Shown here: positions 51,853-60,809 of the stretch, in pieces
Numbering within the stretch: the first letter of the stretch is position 1
Layout: each line of letters begins with the position of its first letter
NCBI GenBank assembly: GCA_963835625.1
Contig: CAWIGO010000007.1
Location: forward strand, 75,415 to 139,414
Source of the DNA: an uncultured Verrucomicrobiae bacterium
Lineage (GTDB): Bacteria > Verrucomicrobiota > Verrucomicrobiia > Limisphaerales > UBA11358
Direction: 5' to 3'
DNA length: 64,000 bases
Position numbers and translations under genes: made by a program
Notes under the pieces: generated by a model
The model's database searches: none
Told to the model about the DNA's origin: nothing
Seen by the model: only the letters and a program-made list of their open reading frames with translations

Positions 51853-51917
51853 AACCGCGGAGACGCCGGGACGCAGAGCAAGAATAAAAATCTTCATGTC
51901 TTGGTGTCTTTGTGGTT
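51853..51917 (+). repeat. strand-specific long hairpin between the FAH gene and proS
   Basis: AACCGCGGAGACGCCGGGACGC (51853-51874) pairs with GTGTCTTGGTGTCTTTGTGGTT (51896-51917). I counted 22 consecutive pairs by hand, 8 of them G:U. On the opposite strand these would be C:A mismatches. Confidence 0.85.
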
Positions 51918-51931
51918 AAAATTTGAAGAAC

Positions 51932-53668
51932 ATGAAGTGGTCACAAACCCTGATTCCGACTCTCCGTGAAGCGCCGGCTGACGCGGAAATCCTTTCGCAC
52001 AAGCTCCTGCTTCGCGCCGGGCTGGTTCGCAAACTTGCCGGCGGCGTTTATACTTTTCTGCCGCTCGGCTTGCGCGCCCTGCGCAAGGTGGAACAAATCG
52101 TCCGTGAGGAAATGGACCGTGCGGGCGCGCTTGAACTGCTCATGCCCGCGCTCCAGCCGCCGGAAATCTGGCAGCAAAGCGGCCGTTACGAAACTGCACG
52201 CAATGTTTTGTTCAAGGTGAAAGACAGCGCCGGCCGCGAATGGGTTCTAAGCCCGACGGCTGAAGAGGTCATCACCTTGCTGGCCGCCGCCGAGATCAAT
52301 TCCTATCGGCAATTGCCGAAAAATTTTTATCAAATCAGCGTCAAGTTCCGCGACGAAATTCGCCCGCGTTTTGGGCTGATGCGCGCGCGAGAATTTATCA
52401 TGAAGGACGCGTACAGCTTTGACGTGAGTGATGAGGCGGCGCAGGCCACCTATCAAAAAATGTACGAAGCTTACTCGCGCATTTTCACGCGGTGCGGGCT
52501 GAAAACGTTTCCCGTTGAGGCCGACACCGGCGTCATCGGCGGCAAATTCTCGCACGAATTCATGGTGCCCGCCGAGACCGGCGAGGATGAGGTTGTTTAT
52601 TGTGAGGGTTGTGGTTACGCGGCGAACATCGAAAAGGCGACGAGTGGTGTGCCAGAGTCCAAAGTCCAAAGTCCAAAGTCCAAGGTCGAAAAGTTTGCCA
52701 CACCGGGTGTGACAACCATCGAAGCGCTTGCAAAAGCACCTTACAACGTTCCCGCCGAATGCCAAATCAAGACACTCGTTTATATCGTCGAAAGCAAACC
52801 TGCGCTGATTTTGCTTCGTGGTGATGATCAATTAAACGAAGCCAAGCTTGCGGGCGCGCTCGGCACGCCGACGTTTCGCTCGGCGACGCCGGAGGAAATT
52901 AGTAATGCGATGGGCGCGCATCCGGGCAGTTTGGGCGCAGTTACGAGTACTTTAAAAAAGTCGGACATTCCGATTTACGCCGACGAACATTTGCGGGGCG
53001 CAAATGGCATGACAACGGGCGCAAACGAAGATGGTTTCCACCTCCGCAACGTTTCCATCGAACGCGACATCAAAGTGACGCAGTGGTTTGATTTGCGCGT
53101 CGTGCAAACGGGCGAACCATGCGCGAAATGTCCCGATAAATCGGGACTGAAAATCCGCCGTGCGATAGAAGTCGGCCACGTGTTCAAGCTCGGCACGAAA
53201 TACAGCGAGAAATTGGGTGCAACATTTTTGGACGAATCCGGCGCGCGCAAGCCCGCCGTCATGGGCTGCTATGGCATCGGTGTCACGCGGACATTGCAGG
53301 CGGTCGTCGAGCAATGCAATGACAAGGACGGCATCATCTGGCCGGCCAGTGTCGCGCCCTACACGGTTTGCATCACGCCATTGAACGTTGCGCCGGACAG
53401 TCAGGCAATGAAACTGGCGGAGAAAATCCACGATGAACTCACCACGCGCGGCGTGGATGTGATACTGGACGACCGCGATGAACGTCCCGGCGTGAAATTC
53501 AAAGATTCCGAACTAGTCGGCTTTCCCATTCGCATCGGCATTGGTGAAAAATCACTGGCGAAGGGCGAAGTGGAAATCAAACCGCGCGGCGGTTCGTTGC
53601 AATCCGTGAAAGCCGGCAGCGCGGTGGAAGCGGTGATGAAATTACTCGGCGAAAACAGCCGGGGTTAA
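51932..53668 (+). CDS. proS: proline--tRNA ligase (bacterial type with an editing insertion)
   Basis: Starts MKWSQTLIPTLRE, then FRDEIRPRFGLMRAREFIMKDAYSF, SHEF, and GCYGIGVTR. It carries a GTCCAAA heptamer tract encoded as SKVQSPKSKV. Confidence 0.95.
   Translation: MKWSQTLIPTLREAPADAEILSHKLLLRAGLVRKLAGGVYTFLPLGLRALRKVEQIVREEMDRAGALELLMPALQPPEIWQQSGRYETARNVLFKVKDSAGREWVLSPTAEEVITLLAAAEINSYRQLPKNFYQISVKFRDEIRPRFGLMRAREFIMKDAYSFDVSDEAAQATYQKMYEAYSRIFTRCGLKTFPVEADTGVIGGKFSHEFMVPAETGEDEVVYCEGCGYAANIEKATSGVPESKVQSPKSKVEKFATPGVTTIEALAKAPYNVPAECQIKTLVYIVESKPALILLRGDDQLNEAKLAGALGTPTFRSATPEEISNAMGAHPGSLGAVTSTLKKSDIPIYADEHLRGANGMTTGANEDGFHLRNVSIERDIKVTQWFDLRVVQTGEPCAKCPDKSGLKIRRAIEVGHVFKLGTKYSEKLGATFLDESGARKPAVMGCYGIGVTRTLQAVVEQCNDKDGIIWPASVAPYTVCITPLNVAPDSQAMKLAEKIHDELTTRGVDVILDDRDERPGVKFKDSELVGFPIRIGIGEKSLAKGEVEIKPRGGSLQSVKAGSAVEAVMKLLGENSRG
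52657..52691 (+). repeat. five tandem GTCCAAA-family heptamers inside proS
   Basis: The units are GTCCAAA x3, GTCCAAG and GTCGAAA. The tract is flanked by GGTGTG (52645) and CACACC (52703) arms and is translated as SKVQSPKSKVEK. Confidence 0.9.
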
Positions 53669-56067
53669 ACCGCCTTCCTTTTATTGGTGGTGACGGTTTT
53701 ATCGAGACAGTCGCGGACAATTTTGACGAGTTCGGCGTGGGTGTAGGGTTTTTGGAGATAACGCGCGTTCATTTTTGCGAGCAATTCCGGGCTGACTTCG
53801 TTGGCGGTGTAGCCGCTGGTAAAGATGATCTTCAGATGCGGATGATTGACGAGCAATTGTTCCGCGAGGTTCACGCCGGAAATGCCTTCGGGCATCACGA
53901 TGTCAGTCAGAAGCAAATCTATTTTGTTTGCCCGTTGCCGCCACTGATTGAGCGCTTCCTTGCCGGATGAGGCTTCGAAGATTCGGTAGCCGCAATCTTT
54001 AAGGATGTTGCGCGCCATTTCGCGCAAAACGGGTTCGTCTTCGACAATGAGAATGGTTTCCGTGCCGCCGGGTGTGGACTTCGGCGGAACGGTTTCTTCT
54101 TTTTGGGACGCGGGAGTTTTTTCGCGGGCGGGAAAATACACGTCGAACGTCGCGCCTTTGTTGGGTTCACTGTTCACTTCGATCCAGCCTTCATGTTGTT
54201 TGATGATGCCGTAAGCGGTCGCAAGGCCGAGACCCGTGCCTTTGCCGACGTCTTTTGTCGTAAAAAATGGCTCAAAGATGCGGGGCAATGTGGATGAATC
54301 CATGCCGATGCCCGTATCGGTGACGCGCAGGCGGACGAATTGGCCGGCACGCGCGTCGGCATGTGACTTGACATAATCATCATCAATGGTCACGGTGTTG
54401 ATGCCGATGACAAGCTTGCCGCCGTCTGGCATGGCGTCGCGGGCATTGACAGAAAGATTCATGATGATTTGTTCGATCATGCCTGTATCGCCTTCAACCA
54501 GTGGCAATTCAGACGGCGGAAGGAATTCAAACTTGATGGTTTCACCGAGAAGATCTTCCAGCATTTTGGTCATGTTGCCGATGACTTCGCGTAAATCGAG
54601 CAACTTGGATTGAATCACATTTTTGCGGCTGAACATCAGCAGTTGACGCGTCAAGCCCGCTGCGCGTTCAGCGGCAAAATAGACAGCCTGAAGTGGATCC
54701 AGCATGTCATGGGGCAACGTTGGTTTGGCCAACAGTGCGCCGGAATGTCCCTGGATGATCGTAAGCATGTTGTTGAAGTCGTGCGCAACGCCTGCGGCAA
54801 GCTGGCCGACCGACTCCATTTTTTGTGACTGGCGCAATTGCCCCTCAAGTTTCAGACGTTCAGTAATGTCCTCGACGTAGCAATGCACGACGCGGCTTGG
54901 CAACACAGGATGAAACAACCATGAAAAAGTGCGGCCATTTGTTTGTGTTTCCAAACGCATTTCACTCCGCCCGATTGCGAGACATTCGCGAATGATGCCG
55001 TTGATTTCAACTGGCAAGACATCACGCGGATGATTTTTTCGTACAGACGACGCGAGTTGCTGCGCGGCATCATTGAAATAATTAATCGTTCCATTTGCGG
55101 CGAATTCCATTGTCGCAGCCGGACTCAGTTTTGCGAATGCAGCAAGTTTTTCCATTTCAGCTTCCGCGCGTTTGCGTTCAATCGCTATGCCCAACGTTGT
55201 CGCCATGGCCGTGAGAAATTGCATCTCGTCCGCCGTGAAATCGCGTCGGCGCGGTGTGTGAACTCCGATCACGCCGAAGGGCTGCCCGCGTGTTGGAATG
55301 GCGGCAGTAATGCCTCCAATAATACCGTGCTCGATGAACAATGGTGTCGCTGCGAATTGTGTTTCGATGCGGAGATCGGGTACGACAACCATTTCGCCAA
55401 AATTCAGCGTCAAGCTGGGCTGCGAGTAATTGTCGGCGGGTATTTTGGTTTCGCCCACGCAGCCGCGTTTCCAGCCGGCGCCCGCCCGCAGCAACAATTC
55501 ACCATCGGATAACCGTTCCCAAATGGCGCTGTATTCCGATTCGAGGGTGTGTGCGACGAGCAGGGCGGCCTGGTTCAGCAAAGCCGTCAAATCATTTTGG
55601 GTCAGCGCGAATTGTCCGAGTGTGGCGATGGCCGTCTGTTGGAGCGCGCGTTTGAACAAGACTTTTTCCGCCTTTTCGCGCTCATTGATGCGCTGTTGGA
55701 GCGAGTCGGCCATATTGTCGAAAGCTTCCGCGAGCTGGCCGAATTCGTCTTCTGCAGGCTCCAATTCGGTGCGGGCACTTAATTCTCCTTTTGCAAAACG
55801 TTGCGCGGTGTCAGACAGCATGCGCACCTGCCGCAAAATGAAGTGTTCCCCGCCGAACCATGCCGCTCCCAGCGCCAGCAAACCCACGGCGAAACTGGTC
55901 CATGGCACACTTGTGGCGTACGGTTTCAGCCAGTCTGGCGCGAATTGCCAGAACCACGACTGGTTGACGATGTATGTCAGCACCAGCGCCGGCGCGATGG
56001 CGATAAACACACTGGCCACCAACTCCATTCGCACGGTGGAAAACTTTTTTCCAAATTTCTTTGTCAT
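53665..56067 (-). CDS. hybrid sensor histidine kinase/response regulator (TM-HAMP-GAF-PAS-HisKA-HATPase-REC)
   Basis: Has an H-box ([12 protein letters not shown]), the N/G boxes of HATPase ([24 protein letters not shown]), and a C-terminal REC domain (ILIVEDE...[11 protein letters not shown]...KP). Its stop overlaps the proS stop (TTAA at 53665-53668). Confidence 0.9.
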   Translation of the reverse strand: MTKKFGKKFSTVRMELVASVFIAIAPALVLTYIVNQSWFWQFAPDWLKPYATSVPWTSFAVGLLALGAAWFGGEHFILRQVRMLSDTAQRFAKGELSARTELEPAEDEFGQLAEAFDNMADSLQQRINEREKAEKVLFKRALQQTAIATLGQFALTQNDLTALLNQAALLVAHTLESEYSAIWERLSDGELLLRAGAGWKRGCVGETKIPADNYSQPSLTLNFGEMVVVPDLRIETQFAATPLFIEHGIIGGITAAIPTRGQPFGVIGVHTPRRRDFTADEMQFLTAMATTLGIAIERKRAEAEMEKLAAFAKLSPAATMEFAANGTINYFNDAAQQLASSVRKNHPRDVLPVEINGIIRECLAIGRSEMRLETQTNGRTFSWLFHPVLPSRVVHCYVEDITERLKLEGQLRQSQKMESVGQLAAGVAHDFNNMLTIIQGHSGALLAKPTLPHDMLDPLQAVYFAAERAAGLTRQLLMFSRKNVIQSKLLDLREVIGNMTKMLEDLLGETIKFEFLPPSELPLVEGDTGMIEQIIMNLSVNARDAMPDGGKLVIGINTVTIDDDYVKSHADARAGQFVRLRVTDTGIGMDSSTLPRIFEPFFTTKDVGKGTGLGLATAYGIIKQHEGWIEVNSEPNKGATFDVYFPAREKTPASQKEETVPPKSTPGGTETILIVEDEPVLREMARNILKDCGYRIFEASSGKEALNQWRQRANKIDLLLTDIVMPEGISGVNLAEQLLVNHPHLKIIFTSGYTANEVSPELLAKMNARYLQKPYTHAELVKIVRDCLDKTVTTNKRKAV

Positions 56068-56128
56068 TTGTTCGGCTCTGAAACTGTGTTGAGAGTGTAG
56101 TGTAGCCGCGTCCTTTCAAAAAGCCATT

Positions 56129-56791
56129 TCATCTTGGGGTGGTTTGATTTTCGTTCAGCAACGCCTTCGCCCGGCCTTTTGGCAACCGGCCAAGGTGGAA
56201 AATCAAAAAGCCGTGCAAAAACTCCCGCAGTTCGATGGTTTGGGCGTCGGTCAATTTCAATCGCGCACACGCAGGCCAATGACCTTGAACCAAAACTTGA
56301 ATGATTTTTTTTGCACCGGGCGAGAGTCTGGTTTTTTCCAAATTCGGCTTCAAACCGAGTTCGTGGAGCAGTTTCAATTCAAAGGTGAAAACCGTTTGCG
56401 GCTTTGCGGGTTGTTCACAAAGATGGCAAAAAAAACCGAGCGTTAAATCGTAAACGGCGGGCAAGGGCGTCTCGGTTTCCGTCGCTTGTTCGACAAACGC
56501 CGTGGCGTAGGCAGCTTGATGCAGCAGCAGAACATTCCGCCGCAACGCGCTGTGCGTTTCGCGCAAGCTGACTTCGCGGAGTATGTGCAAATCGGAACGC
56601 CGGCTGCGGCTGAAGGAAAAATCGGCGAGATAGAACAAATCCAGCCTGCCGAGAAACGGTGATTTGGGGCGATGCGCACCCTTGGCAACGGTGGCGATTC
56701 GGCCAAAGTTCGGCGTGAGCCAGTGGACGATAAGGCTGGTTTCTGTGAGTGATCGCGTGCGCAGAATCAAGCCGGTTGCAGATTCAATCAT
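56129..56791 (-). CDS. recO: DNA repair protein RecO
   Basis: The ATG at 56791 gives MIESATGLILRTRSLTETSLIVHWLTPNFGRIATVAKGAHR.... It overlaps the upstream stop as ATGA. The N-terminal 54 residues of the track ORF are discarded. Confidence 0.85.
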   Translation of the reverse strand: MIESATGLILRTRSLTETSLIVHWLTPNFGRIATVAKGAHRPKSPFLGRLDLFYLADFSFSRSRRSDLHILREVSLRETHSALRRNVLLLHQAAYATAFVEQATETETPLPAVYDLTLGFFCHLCEQPAKPQTVFTFELKLLHELGLKPNLEKTRLSPGAKKIIQVLVQGHWPACARLKLTDAQTIELREFLHGFLIFHLGRLPKGRAKALLNENQTTPR

Positions 56792-57450
56792 TGAATTTTT
56801 GGTGGCGTCCCGTGTTCCGGAAAAATCGAACCGAGACTGACAATGTATTTGATGCCTTCGGCAACGGACATGTCGAGTTTGGTGACTTTTTCCTCCGGTA
56901 CAAGAATGAGAAAACCGGATGTGGGATTCGGTGTTGTAGGCACAAAGACGCAAACCACTTTTCCCTTCATCTTTTGCTGCACTTCGTTGTGCTGTTCGCT
57001 CGTAATGAAACCAATGGTGTGCGTGCCTTCGCGCGGAAATTCCACAAGCACGACGGTTTTGAACGAGCCTTTTTTGCCGGTTGTGAACGCCTCGTTGACC
57101 TGCCTGATGGCGCCGTAAAATTTATTCAGCAACGGCACGTGCATCAACACGCGTTCCACCCATTCGATCATTTTTTTACCGAAATAATTCCGTGCCAGCT
57201 GGCCCGCCGCGCTGATCAGCAAAATCGCCACCATCAAGGCAACGAGACTCCAATACCAATGCATCGGACCCTCGCCGTTATTTCGATGCGTGATGGTTTT
57301 GGGAATGAAAATAAGCAACGTGTCAGTGACGTTGGAGATGGTGAAGAACAACCAAACCAAAAGCGCGATTGAAATCACTCCTGGCAGGACAATAACCAAA
57401 CCGGTCGCGAAATTCGCCCGCCAACGGGCGAAGAAGCTTTTCTGTTCCAT
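56788..57450 (-). CDS. DUF502-family membrane protein
   Basis: Has two N-terminal TM segments, then a conserved core (PLLNKFYGAIRQV...VVLVEFPREG.HTIGFIT...VFVPTTPNPTSGFL). Confidence 0.8.
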   Translation of the reverse strand: MEQKSFFARWRANFATGLVIVLPGVISIALLVWLFFTISNVTDTLLIFIPKTITHRNNGEGPMHWYWSLVALMVAILLISAAGQLARNYFGKKMIEWVERVLMHVPLLNKFYGAIRQVNEAFTTGKKGSFKTVVLVEFPREGTHTIGFITSEQHNEVQQKMKGKVVCVFVPTTPNPTSGFLILVPEEKVTKLDMSVAEGIKYIVSLGSIFPEHGTPPKIQ

Positions 57451-57470
57451 GCGCCAAGTTTAAGGTCGCA

Positions 57471-57965
57471 TCAGAGTTTGCTCAAGGGAAAGCGGCGGGT
57501 GATTTCACGCAACAGGCGGTTTTCTTCGCGCTTCATTTTGCATCGCGCGGTGGCGCGCAAATCATCGTGGCCAAGCAGGTGCAGAACCCCATGAACGATA
57601 TAACGCGCGGTTTCCGATTGCCAGCTCACACCAAACTTTCGTGCCTGCAAAACCGCCTCGTCCATGCACACGAAAATTTCGCCGTGCAAGGTAGGGCGCG
57701 CTCTCCGCAGCGCGCCGGACCTGGCGGCGGGCAGGGGACTGCCCGCCCTACCTTCCGTGTGGTAATCAAATGTAATCACGTCCGTTGAACCTTTGTGATG
57801 GAGAAATTTTTCGTTCAACCGTGTTATTTCCTGGACGGCAACGAGATGGATGCCAAGTTCCGCCTTTTCGATCTTCAAATCAGTGAGCAATGCAGTGGTG
57901 ATCTGTTTCAGCAAACGCCGGTTGATTTTCCGCACGCGCTGGCGGCTGGCGATGGTGACGTTCAT
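57471..57965 (-). CDS. ybeY: rRNA maturation endoribonuclease YbeY
   Basis: Has the zinc motif HGVLHLLGHDD. An in-frame 63-nt GC-rich hairpin element encodes ...GRAGSPLPAARSGALRRARPT.... Confidence 0.9.
   Translation of the reverse strand: MNVTIASRQRVRKINRRLLKQITTALLTDLKIEKAELGIHLVAVQEITRLNEKFLHHKGSTDVITFDYHTEGRAGSPLPAARSGALRRARPTLHGEIFVCMDEAVLQARKFGVSWQSETARYIVHGVLHLLGHDDLRATARCKMKREENRLLREITRRFPLSKL
57690..57752. repeat. GGTAGGG...CCCTACC nested hairpin element (63 nt) inside ybeY
   Basis: The layout is GGTAGGG, then the hairpin CGCGCT-ctccgc-AGCGCG, then CCGGACCTGGCGGC, then the hairpin GGGCAG-ggga-CTGCCC, then GCCCTACC. The architecture is the same as at 48264-48324. Confidence 0.9.
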
Positions 57966-58002
57966 TTTATCGGAGGGCGGAGTTCCACGGCGCCCTGCTC
58001 AT

Positions 58003-58992
58003 TCATGGGCTCGCAGCTCGTCCCTCCTCCGGAGTTTTTCCCGTGCGATGCTCTTCGTAAGCCGCGATGATGCGCTGTACGAGCGGGTGGCGGACGACGT
58101 CGCGTTTGCCGAGCTCGACAATGGCGATGCCTTCGGTGTTTTTGAGCACACGATGCGCTTCGAGCAGGCCGGAATGTTTGTGCGGCGGCAAATCAATCTG
58201 CGTTTCATCGCCGGTGATGACTGCCCTTGAGCCGTGGCCGAGGCGCGTGAGAAACATCAACATTTGCTCGGTCGTCGAATTTTGCGCCTCGTCCAAAATG
58301 ACGAAGGCGTTGTTGAGCGTGCGCCCGCGCATGTAAGCCAGCGGCGCAATTTCAATCGTCCCGCGCTCGGTATGCTTTTGAATTTCCTCGGCAGGCAGCA
58401 TGTCGTGCAACGCATCGTGCAGCGGACGAAGATACGGCGTGATTTTTTCGTAAAGGTCGCCGGGCAAAAATCCGAGTGCTTCGCCGGCCTCAACCGCCGG
58501 GCGCGTCAGAATCAACCGGGAAACTTTTCCGTCACGCAACGCGGCGAGCGCCATCGCCACCGCCAGATACGTCTTGCCCGTGCCTGCCGGGCCGACGCCG
58601 AACGTAACGTCATGCTTCCGAATCGCGTCGAGATATTTTTTTTGGCCGACGGTTTTGGCCGTGACACCAGGCTTGCGCTCGTGCGTCAAAATCCGGTCAT
58701 TGACCAATGCCTTGAGCGTTTCGGCGCCCTCGTGTTTCACAACGTTGAGCGCGTGGATGAATTCGCGATTCCGCACCGGAGAGCCGGTTTCAAGCAAACT
58801 TTCGAGCGAAACGAAAAGCTGTTTTGCGCGTTCAATTGCGTCAGCCGGACCTTTCAGTTTGATCCAGCCTTCGCGCGCCGTGGCTTTGACGCCAAGTTCG
58901 GTTTCCAGCGACTGAAGATTGCGCGGTTCGTGATTGAAAAGCCGCTGTGCGGCGCGCGCATTCTCGAAATGAAGAGTTTCGGATGCCATCAA
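58003..58992 (-). CDS. phoH: PhoH-family ATPase
   Basis: Has Walker A (GPAGTGKTYLAV), ILTRPAVEAGE.LGFLPG, and Walker B (FVILDEAQN). It is adjacent to ybeY, as in many bacteria. Confidence 0.9.
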   Translation of the reverse strand: MMASETLHFENARAAQRLFNHEPRNLQSLETELGVKATAREGWIKLKGPADAIERAKQLFVSLESLLETGSPVRNREFIHALNVVKHEGAETLKALVNDRILTHERKPGVTAKTVGQKKYLDAIRKHDVTFGVGPAGTGKTYLAVAMALAALRDGKVSRLILTRPAVEAGEALGFLPGDLYEKITPYLRPLHDALHDMLPAEEIQKHTERGTIEIAPLAYMRGRTLNNAFVILDEAQNSTTEQMLMFLTRLGHGSRAVITGDETQIDLPPHKHSGLLEAHRVLKNTEGIAIVELGKRDVVRHPLVQRIIAAYEEHRTGKTPEEGRAASP

Positions 58993-58995
58993 AAA

Positions 58996-59481
58996 TTATT
59001 TTGCCAGTTCCGCGCGAAGTTTCCCGGCCAGTTCATTCAACGCCTGCGGCAAAACAGTCGTGTTCGCGATTACTGGCATAAAATTTGTGTCGCCGTTCCA
59101 GCGTGGCACGACGTGAACATGCAAATGTTCTGTGACGCCTGCGCCGGCAACCTTGCCGAGATTGATGCCGATGTTGAAACCGTCGGGCTTCATCACCTGT
59201 GTCAGCGCATTGACGCAACGGCGCGTGAGTTTCCATAAATCGCCGAGTTCTTCATCCGTCAAACCGTTCAAGTCGGCGACTTGTTTGTAAGGCACGACCA
59301 TCAAATGCCCGCCATTGTAGGGATACGTATTGAGCAATGCGAAACAGGTGCGGTCGCGCGCGATGACACGGTTGGCCTCGTCGTCCGAGGACTGCGCGAT
59401 GCGCGTGAACAGGCTCGCGTCGGACTGCGGCTTGGGCGCGAGGATGTATTCGATCCGCCACGGTGCATGCAGTGATTCCAT
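58996..59481 (-). CDS. HIT-family nucleotide hydrolase/transferase
   Basis: Has the histidine triad HLHVHVVPR. Confidence 0.88.
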   Translation of the reverse strand: MESLHAPWRIEYILAPKPQSDASLFTRIAQSSDDEANRVIARDRTCFALLNTYPYNGGHLMVVPYKQVADLNGLTDEELGDLWKLTRRCVNALTQVMKPDGFNIGINLGKVAGAGVTEHLHVHVVPRWNGDTNFMPVIANTTVLPQALNELAGKLRAELAK

Positions 59482-59571
59482 GAGGAAAAGTTAAAACTCG
59501 CGGCGAATAAGGAAAGCAAGAAAACAGGAATCTTTTCCCAACTTCCTGCTTTCATTATTCAAATCCGTTTG

Positions 59572-60747
59572 TCATGGGAACAAACTCAAAATCGCCGCTG
59601 CCGCACGTTCGCTTGCGCCCGGACCGCCGAGCTGCGAAACGATTTCCGCCAGCCGTTTCTTGATTTGAGCGCGTCGTGATTCGTTTTGCAGAAGCTCCAG
59701 TGCGGCGTGCGAAATATTTTCCGGCGTGGCGGTATTTTGGACGAATTCGGGGAAAACTTCCTCGTTCGCCAGCAGGTTCGGCATCGTGAGTGATTTCACC
59801 GTCACAATGCGTTTGCCGATTTGATAAGTGAGCCAGGAAGTTTTATAAAGTGTCACCGTCGGCACGCCAAAAAAGGCGCACTCCATCGTCACCGTGCCGG
59901 TGGAGGCGATGGCCACGTCGGCTTCGGCCAATGCCTTGGGCAGTTCACCGACTTGAATTTCCACGTCCGGTTGAAGCATGGACAGCCTGTTCGCGATGAT
60001 TTTCAAGGCTTTATTGGGCAAAACCATTTTCACACGGCTCGCTGGCAATTTTTCTTGAATCAATTTCAATGCGCCAATCATCACCGGCAAATGCCGGCGC
60101 AATTCATCGGGGCGGCTGCCGGGCAAAAGTAAAATTGTCGGGGCTGTAGCTTCGACTTTGGACTTTCCACCCTCCGTAGCAGAGCTACTGCGGAGGACGG
60201 GTGGGCTTTGGACTTTGGACTTGTCGAATCGCCCGACCATCGGATGTCCGACAAATTCCACGCGCAACTTCGGCACCCGTTTCGCATACCAGTCTTTTTC
60301 AAAAGGGAAAATGCTCAGGAGCAAATCGTAATCCGCCGCCATTAAATTTGCCCGCCCTGGTCGCGACGCCCAAACCTGCGGCGAGACAAACTGGATGATT
60401 TTCGGGTTCCATTTCGAAAAGAGATTGTTGCGGACATATCCCTTGATTGCGTGGCCGAAGCGCAGATTGAATCCGCCGAAATCCACGCCGATGAAGGCAT
60501 CCGGCTGGCGTTCAATCGCCAGCGCAAGCAGTTGGTTGAACAACCGCCGGAACTTGAAATAATTTTTCAACACATCGGACATGCCGATGACCGAGTGCTG
60601 TGTCAGGTCAAACGCCAACTCGACTCCCGCCGCCGCCATGCGTGAACCACCCGCACCAAAGAATTTTGCGTCCGGCAACTGACTATGCAGCGCGGAAACC
60701 AATTCCGCCGCGAGCAAATCACCGCTCGCCTCACCGGCGATGAGCAT
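59572..60747 (-). CDS. lpxB: lipid-A-disaccharide synthase
   Basis: The ATG at 60747 gives MLIAGEASGDLLAAEL.... The later LLPGSR..E motif is present. The track start (GTG at 60765) is also possible. It contains a composite repeat insertion at 60151-60220. Confidence 0.9.
   Translation of the reverse strand: MLIAGEASGDLLAAELVSALHSQLPDAKFFGAGGSRMAAAGVELAFDLTQHSVIGMSDVLKNYFKFRRLFNQLLALAIERQPDAFIGVDFGGFNLRFGHAIKGYVRNNLFSKWNPKIIQFVSPQVWASRPGRANLMAADYDLLLSIFPFEKDWYAKRVPKLRVEFVGHPMVGRFDKSKVQSPPVLRSSSATEGGKSKVEATAPTILLLPGSRPDELRRHLPVMIGALKLIQEKLPASRVKMVLPNKALKIIANRLSMLQPDVEIQVGELPKALAEADVAIASTGTVTMECAFFGVPTVTLYKTSWLTYQIGKRIVTVKSLTMPNLLANEEVFPEFVQNTATPENISHAALELLQNESRRAQIKKRLAEIVSQLGGPGASERAAAAILSLFP
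60151..60220. repeat. composite insertion inside lpxB: TTTGGAC heptamers on both sides of a palindromic GC-rich core
   Basis: The left side is TTCGAC TTTGGAC TTTCCAC (60151-60170). The core is CCACCC-TCCGTAGCAGAGCTACTGCGGA-GGACGGGTGG. The right side is TTTGGAC TTTGGAC (60207-60220). On the sense strand it encodes KSKVQSPPVLRSSSATEGGKSKVE. Confidence 0.85.
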
Positions 60748-60809
60748 AAATTGTTTTGGCTTCACGCTTGATTTTGTAGCGGAATTATCCTCTTCGCATG
60801 TAGATCAAC

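Noticed and set aside
53665-53668. The 4-nt overlap of the convergent proS and hybrid-kinase stop codons (TTAA)
   Set aside because: It is real but trivial. It only implies that the two genes share no terminator space, and it is not evidence of a special mechanism.
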